DNA from: Craspedostauros australis
Taxonomy: Eukaryota
Reading direction: 5' to 3'
NCBI GenBank assembly: GCA_030167865.1
Contig: JALAGF010003296.1
Coordinates: 62,001 to 126,000, forward strand
Length of the DNA: 64,000 bases
Position numbers and translations under genes: made by a program. The notes under the pieces are model-generated. The model searched no databases. It saw nothing but the letters and a program-made list of their open reading frames with translations, and had not been told where the DNA came from. Below are positions 58,468 through 64,000 of the stretch, one piece after another (position 1 is the first letter of the stretch; each line of letters opens with the position of its first letter).

Positions 58468-59404
58468 AATGTATGACACAGCTGCATACTAGTAGATAGT
58501 TATAGTATAGCATAGCATAGTATGGTATTGTATGGCATTGTATGGTAGGAGCAAGCAGGTGCTGGGAGGTAGGCGCCATACCATTCGGCAGTATGGTACG
58601 TGTCGAAGTACGATCATGAACACAAGAGGGCAATGATGGCGCGGCGATAGCGGAGGCGTATAGTGCATTGTCGAAATCAATGACAGACGAGAAAGAGGCG
58701 GAGCAAACCGCCCTTGCTCATCTCCTCTACATGTACGCTATGTATGAGTACTACTATGCATCCATGTTCGCACCAGTAGATATGTAAGAATGACAAAGTT
58801 GTCTTGTGATCTGCGAGGAGAGAGTGCTCTTGGATGCATGTAATACACAATTGTATGCTTCCTTTCCCTTGGCCTGCCTTTGAATTTAGGGAGGGAACTT
58901 TGCAGTCGGCCTACCCCAGAGTACGCGGTTTTGATGACGAGAGGAGAACACGAACAAGCTGGCGAAGGACAGGACGACGTCATGTTCCGTGTTCTTATCG
59001 AACGAGTCAAACACGATTAATCTGTCCTCCCACGACTCCACTGATGGAGAAACAAGACTCGGGAAGAAAAATGACACGGCCAAACCGCGAGAACAAACCT
59101 CAACACCAGCGACAGCGGCAACAGCAACGGCTTGTCGCTGGCATAATGCTCTATCTGATGCTGGCACACAGAGGCAACCACAGGTCCACTGAGGAAGTCC
59201 ATCTTATCTCCTCAAAGATCTTGCGTTCGTAGCAAGCTGTCCACATCTTCCAAAGTCCCCTTCCACCAATCTCACGAATCTCACGAATCCCAACAACCTG
59301 AGGAGCACTGACGAGTCCACAGAAGTCACGCCACCACGCACCGCACAAGATCGACTCCATATATCTACAAGTACACCTATAGTACAAGCACTCGTACAGA
59401 CACG

Positions 59405-60091
59405 ATGGGAGGAATTCTGTCCAGCAGCAACAGCTCCAAGCAGAAACAGAAGGATGCCAACCGCGCCAAGGCTGCTGCCTCGGTCTCCCAGATCGATCGT
59501 GCGATGTTGGACCTCAAGAACTCCCGCGATCGCCTCTCGCGGTACAAAGCACGGCTGGAGAAGGATGAGGAGAAGCTGATCTCGCGTGCCAAGGCGGCCA
59601 AGGCGGCCGGCAAAACGAAATCGGCATTGCAGCTGCTCAAGGTCAAGAAGATGAAGCGCAACGAGGTCGATTCTGTGGAGAATCAGCTCCTCACCGTCCT
59701 GCAGATGGTTCAGACCATCGATTCCAAGCAGAACGAGGCCGCCGTTTTGGAGGCGATGCGCACTGGAAAGGACGCGTTGCAAAAGATGCACGAGCAGACC
59801 ACGGTGGATGATGTGCTGGAGTTGATGGATCAAATTCAGGAGCAGGCGGATGTCGAGAAGGAGGTCTCGACCTTGCTGGGGCAGGGCCATGAGAGCGCCT
59901 TCAGCTTGGAAGATGAAGCCGCCATCGAAGCGGAGCTGCTGGCCCTTGACGGCGGGGACGCGGCTGTCGCAATGCCCGAGGTTCCGACAGACGAACCACA
60001 GTCTTTGCCGGTCGCTCCGGACACCAAATTGCCAGATGCGACAACAATCACCTCGCAGGAAGAGACTGGCAGAGTGGCACTTGCCTCGTGA
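59405..60091 (+). CDS. VPS20: ESCRT-III subunit Vps20/CHMP6 (Snf7 family)
   Basis: N-myristoylation start MGGILS, then VSQIDRAMLDLKNSRDRL..Y, ALQLLKVKK, QLLTVLQMVQTID, G..AL..MH and an acidic C-terminus with MPEVP/LPVAP MIM2-like motifs. Confidence 0.93.
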   Translation: MGGILSSSNSSKQKQKDANRAKAAASVSQIDRAMLDLKNSRDRLSRYKARLEKDEEKLISRAKAAKAAGKTKSALQLLKVKKMKRNEVDSVENQLLTVLQMVQTIDSKQNEAAVLEAMRTGKDALQKMHEQTTVDDVLELMDQIQEQADVEKEVSTLLGQGHESAFSLEDEAAIEAELLALDGGDAAVAMPEVPTDEPQSLPVAPDTKLPDATTITSQEETGRVALAS

Positions 60092-60369
60092 GGGATCTCA
60101 GAGTGTGCATCGTACTAATACTAGTAGCCTCTTCGTACTTGCAGAGCGCAGAAATCATTCGGTTTATTCTCTGGAGTGAAACATGCAGCAGCAAAGAGCA
60201 CCTGCTTCATTCCACCGTGATCAACAGTTCTCACTTGTCACACGAATATGACGACGATGATGATAAAGCAACTGCTCTGGACACACAGAGAGAGAAAGAG
60301 TATTACTCTGCTATTGCAAGTATGGCTTATGGACAAGTATGCATGTGCACAAAATCAACTCAACTCTCT

Positions 60370-63300
60370 CTAGTGCAATTTGGCTGCCGCCAATCGAGCA
60401 GCTTCCGTCGCCACTTTGTTTTCGATCTCGCGGGAGATGGCATCGCGGATGGATTGCACCCACGAACCGCGCTCTTCGCGCGAGCTGCATAACACAAGAA
60501 GCTTCTTGCGGGGGTGGTACACCTGGAAGGCGCGTTTGGCTTCCTTCTTCTTTGATGGTGGGAACCAGTCGACGACCTTCATCTGCATGAGCGGGAGTTC
60601 CTCATGGATCGTGTACTTCGTCTTGCTGCTGCTGCCACTGCTACTTCCTGGCTTGGCGTAGATCAGCACGTCCGAAAACAGGAAGAATTGGTACGATGTT
60701 TCTCGCCCGGACCGATTCGCACGCTTCATCAGAGCGCCTTCTCGGATCAGCCTCCTTCCCGGGTCGTTCAGCAAACGTTCGGCATTCTCCAGCCTGGCAA
60801 CGGCAGATACCAGCAACTCACGGCTCCCCACCGTGTCCACCGCCACGGGTTCGAACGAACCCAGCATCTTTCGCAAGCATTCCAGCGCGTGCAACTTACC
60901 CATATCGTCACCGCGGTTGCAGGCACGTTCTATGTTCTTGTACCAGCGTTCCTTCTCGAATCTACTATCTCCCGTCGACGCGTCCTTGGCCTTGCTTTGT
61001 CGTCGATTGTGGAAGGTTCGGAGTCGCGCCAGCTGACCGAAGAAAGCCTTGCGTTGCATCCGCATGTCGAGGCAGGTCGTGATGCACAGCATCAGGCGCA
61101 GCAACTTCGTACAGGACTCCAGCACCGCCATGTCCAAATGTGCTTTCTCCAACAAGGAATTGATCACGCCGTAGGTCAGGTGCCACGTTTTCAAGACGCA
61201 GCCCCTGCTGATGCTCTCCGTCGCATTGATTTTGCCGACCTCCGCTGTCGCGCAATACTCTTCCATCGTTGTCAATGGTGACAGTTGTGTTGCGAAACCC
61301 CGCAACAGGGCATCGATGGTTTTCACGTTCTTCATCATGACGGAAGCACACGGAGAAGGTGACTGAAGGTCATCGTCCGCGGCTGCCAGATTTTGGCTGC
61401 TGTCGCTGTTGGTGTGCTCGTGCGGAAGGCGGTCAGCTCCATCATCACTGATGGTCCCCGCATCGATCATCTGGATGGGTTCATTCTCAATCGACGTGTA
61501 TATATCCTGCAGATACTGGATGGGCATCTCCTCGTTCTGTTCGGCCTTGCGCAAGTTGTTGCAAAATTCATCCATAGTCATCTTCTTGCGTGCTCGGCGA
61601 CTCGATGACTTCTTGGATGACGAGCTGGATTTCTTGGCGGTGACGGTGTGCAGATCTGTGTTCAACATGATGGTCGCGAAGGATACCAGCAGGACGGTAT
61701 CACGATCTTGGAAGGGACAGTAGTTCATATCACCGAGGTTGTCCTCCCAGAAGCACTGCGCGAACGCCAGGAGGATGCGATCGATCTGCTGTGCTTCGCC
61801 TGGCAATCGAAACCCGCCATTGGTCAAGAGGTAACGCAGTGCCTGCTCGACACTCATGGCAGCAAACGAATTCGCTCGGATGAAGTTGAACCGGATGAGG
61901 TTGAATCGTTCCGTTTCCGATGCGTCGACACCACCCTCACCCAGGAATTTACCCAGATCGCTGGCGTTGAATTCGCCTCTGTTCACACGCAGGAAAGAGG
62001 CGATGTCTCTCGGAGATGATGTTAGGATATTGCAGGCAATCAGGTAGTCAATGCAGCTGTCGATGCCTTTCGTTCCACCCAGGTCGAATGCGATCCTAAG
62101 ATTTTCGGAGTAGTCCCGTCGTCGGACAGAGCTGTCCATCGGACTGACGTCCCATCCCCTGCCGTCTCGTCCTTCGTCTTTCTTTGCTGCGTTGGCGGAG
62201 TGATCATCACCGTCGTTCTCGTCATCGCCTGTGGAGGCATTGTCAATCGTGTCGCGAAAGTGCTGGCGTTCTTCTGTGATGGCATGATCCCAGTATTGAA
62301 GGATGGATTTTCCGTTCAGCCTGCCACCACCGTCCATCGTGGGAGTTGATGAACCATCGAAGTCGTCAGGGAGAACACGGGAGATATTCGCATCGTCCAT
62401 ACATCCATCCCCTTCCGCCCAGTCCTTCATCAAGGCTTCGAATGCAGGGCCACAATACGTGATGGCCGCATCCAGAACGACGCTCATGATGTGCTCGAGG
62501 AGCGTCAGTCCTGACTCCCTGAGACGTTTCGACTTCTCCAGCAGTTGCACATCACCTTCGATGGCTTCGGCCTTGTCGTCCTGGACCGACGTCATGGCCT
62601 GACTTTGACGGATTTGGTTACCGATGAACTCACCGCAGTACTCGATGACGTTGCAAACATTCGAGCACAGCTTCTGGAAGATGTTCCACTGGATGCTGGA
62701 ACTCAGATCCTGCGGACGGGTGGTCTTGGGAACGAAGTTGTCAAAATTGATGCAAAGCGCGGACAGGTCGTCTTGCGAATTCAGAAGCCATCGTTCCATC
62801 TCCGCCATGGCGTCGATCTGTTGCTCCATCACATACCGTCGTTTGCCGATCGATTGGTTCGGGCTGTTGCGAAAAGTGAAACCGATTTGCAATGGTTTGT
62901 TGAGGAAATGATCAAACATGAGACCAATTTCCAATTTCATGTTTGATCGGAAGGTCTCTTCGTCCCAAAGCACACCGCATATCTGCAGGATACGTCTGTT
63001 GACTCGGGAGTCGCTCATCGCCTCCCTCGTGTTGGATACGAGACAAGGCACCACCAATCGGCGGATGCAATATACGAATGTGTCGCACGCCTTCCTCATG
63101 CCCTCCGTTGACGACGGAAGTTCGGCAATCACCTTGCGCCAGCATGTCAAGAAGTGGTGAATCAGCTCCAATCCGAGGAGCTTGCTGGCGATGTCACGGG
63201 ATGTGGATTCGGATGACTTCACCTTCCGAATCCTGGATGATGAGATCTTGACCAGATTCGCGAGCATAGCAAAGCACAGGGAAAACAACCCCATGGTGCT

Positions 63301-63999
63301 GCTGCGCTGAGTGATTTCATGTGTGTCGATGTTGGTGCCGTTGGCATCATGATCGATGCTGCGCTCCATTCCGGAGGGCTTCATCTCTCCATCACCAAAC
63401 AAGCCTTCGCCGCACATGTGCATCATGTCGAACCAGAACAGTTCGCTCCCACCCGATCGGTGGATCTGATGGATCGCCAATTGGGTATAGTTTGCCAAAT
63501 CCACCCTGTTGGTCGCATCGTCCACAACACCGCGCAGGAGATCATCCACAAACGAGTTGAAGGCTTCAGGTTCGCAAGTGGGCGTGGTCTCTTCTTGCTT
63601 GCTTGATGCTGCATCACACCTAGACTTCTGCTCCAGCTTCATGGTGTGGACCAATCTTGCGATTGTCATGGTCACGACCTCTTTGAGACAAAGGACGGCC
63701 ATCTGAGGTGCTCCGCCAGGAAGGTATCTGAGAGTCGGCGATCTGGGATCGGTGAGCATGTACTCGTCAACACCATCACGTCCCCCCCAAACCGGGTTGG
63801 TGCCGCTGGTTGGAGTCGTCGCGCCGAAGTAGAAAACGAACAAGTTGAACCGTAGGATGTAACCTGTCGTGCGTGGGCTGAGGATCGACAGTGACATGCT
63901 CGTTGCATCTTCCACGAAATCGACGCACGTTTGAAGCTGCATTTCCTGCGCGCCGGTGGTGGCGACATCACACACCACCTGAATGGCCAGATCCAGCAT
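60370..63999 (-). CDS. Large Sec7-domain Arf guanine-nucleotide exchange factor with C-terminal PH domain (5' end outside the window)
   Basis: Sec7 motifs LGKFLGE, ALRYLL, FRLPGEAQQIDRIL (glutamic finger intact) and SFATIMLNTDLH. Upstream SKLLGLELI and LKLEIG-like/INFD segments resemble the HUS region. C-terminal LIREGALMK...FFLFSDVLIYAK...ERGSWVQSIRDAI is a PH domain. Confidence 0.93.
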   Translation of the reverse strand: MLDLAIQVVCDVATTGAQEMQLQTCVDFVEDATSMSLSILSPRTTGYILRFNLFVFYFGATTPTSGTNPVWGGRDGVDEYMLTDPRSPTLRYLPGGAPQMAVLCLKEVVTMTIARLVHTMKLEQKSRCDAASSKQEETTPTCEPEAFNSFVDDLLRGVVDDATNRVDLANYTQLAIHQIHRSGGSELFWFDMMHMCGEGLFGDGEMKPSGMERSIDHDANGTNIDTHEITQRSSTMGLFSLCFAMLANLVKISSSRIRKVKSSESTSRDIASKLLGLELIHHFLTCWRKVIAELPSSTEGMRKACDTFVYCIRRLVVPCLVSNTREAMSDSRVNRRILQICGVLWDEETFRSNMKLEIGLMFDHFLNKPLQIGFTFRNSPNQSIGKRRYVMEQQIDAMAEMERWLLNSQDDLSALCINFDNFVPKTTRPQDLSSSIQWNIFQKLCSNVCNVIEYCGEFIGNQIRQSQAMTSVQDDKAEAIEGDVQLLEKSKRLRESGLTLLEHIMSVVLDAAITYCGPAFEALMKDWAEGDGCMDDANISRVLPDDFDGSSTPTMDGGGRLNGKSILQYWDHAITEERQHFRDTIDNASTGDDENDGDDHSANAAKKDEGRDGRGWDVSPMDSSVRRRDYSENLRIAFDLGGTKGIDSCIDYLIACNILTSSPRDIASFLRVNRGEFNASDLGKFLGEGGVDASETERFNLIRFNFIRANSFAAMSVEQALRYLLTNGGFRLPGEAQQIDRILLAFAQCFWEDNLGDMNYCPFQDRDTVLLVSFATIMLNTDLHTVTAKKSSSSSKKSSSRRARKKMTMDEFCNNLRKAEQNEEMPIQYLQDIYTSIENEPIQMIDAGTISDDGADRLPHEHTNSDSSQNLAAADDDLQSPSPCASVMMKNVKTIDALLRGFATQLSPLTTMEEYCATAEVGKINATESISRGCVLKTWHLTYGVINSLLEKAHLDMAVLESCTKLLRLMLCITTCLDMRMQRKAFFGQLARLRTFHNRRQSKAKDASTGDSRFEKERWYKNIERACNRGDDMGKLHALECLRKMLGSFEPVAVDTVGSRELLVSAVARLENAERLLNDPGRRLIREGALMKRANRSGRETSYQFFLFSDVLIYAKPGSSSGSSSKTKYTIHEELPLMQMKVVDWFPPSKKKEAKRAFQVYHPRKKLLVLCSSREERGSWVQSIRDAISREIENKVATEAARLAAAKLH

Positions 64000-64000
64000 G

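Noticed and set aside
1..64000. Prokaryotic operon, prophage or defence-system interpretation; rRNA/tRNA genes
   Set aside because: Spliceosomal introns, ER/plastid targeting signals and ESCRT/ArfGEF genes show a eukaryotic nuclear locus. No rRNA- or tRNA-like sequence was recognised by eye.

Overview
Eukaryotic nuclear DNA from a diatom, probably a pennate. The evidence is GT-AG spliceosomal introns, a nuclear psbU with a signal peptide + 'AF' + twin-arginine presequence, other ASAF-type plastid presequences, and microsatellite-rich intergenic DNA. About 20 protein genes can be supported, in order: NAD(P)-binding reductase (runs off the left edge), mTERF, TM9SF/nonaspanin, GT47 exostosin-like, a 1747-aa two-TM protein with four Cys-rich extracellular repeats, PsbU, a small secreted protein, GST, a TPR protein, a ~1060-aa unknown membrane protein, two divergent plastid-targeted unknowns, a membrane-anchored GH5 exo-1,3-beta-glucanase, YaaA, a REX4-like exonuclease, two tandem secretory-pathway SET-domain proteins, a PAS-like protein, Vps20/CHMP6 and a large Sec7-PH ArfGEF (runs off the right edge). 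Several exons missing from the ORF track were reconstructed by hand. The most interesting observations are: (i) the GH5 signal-peptide frame is separated from its catalytic frame by a single +1 shift at AGC-TAA; (ii) a tandem pair of lumenal SET methyltransferases, one with an acidic tail and HDEL; (iii) a receptor-like repeat protein; (iv) a CpG-depleted retroelement-like relic; (v) an ArfGEF that combines large-GEF features with a C-terminal PH domain. No rRNA, tRNA or CRISPR array was seen. All family calls come from motif recognition by eye; no database search was run.
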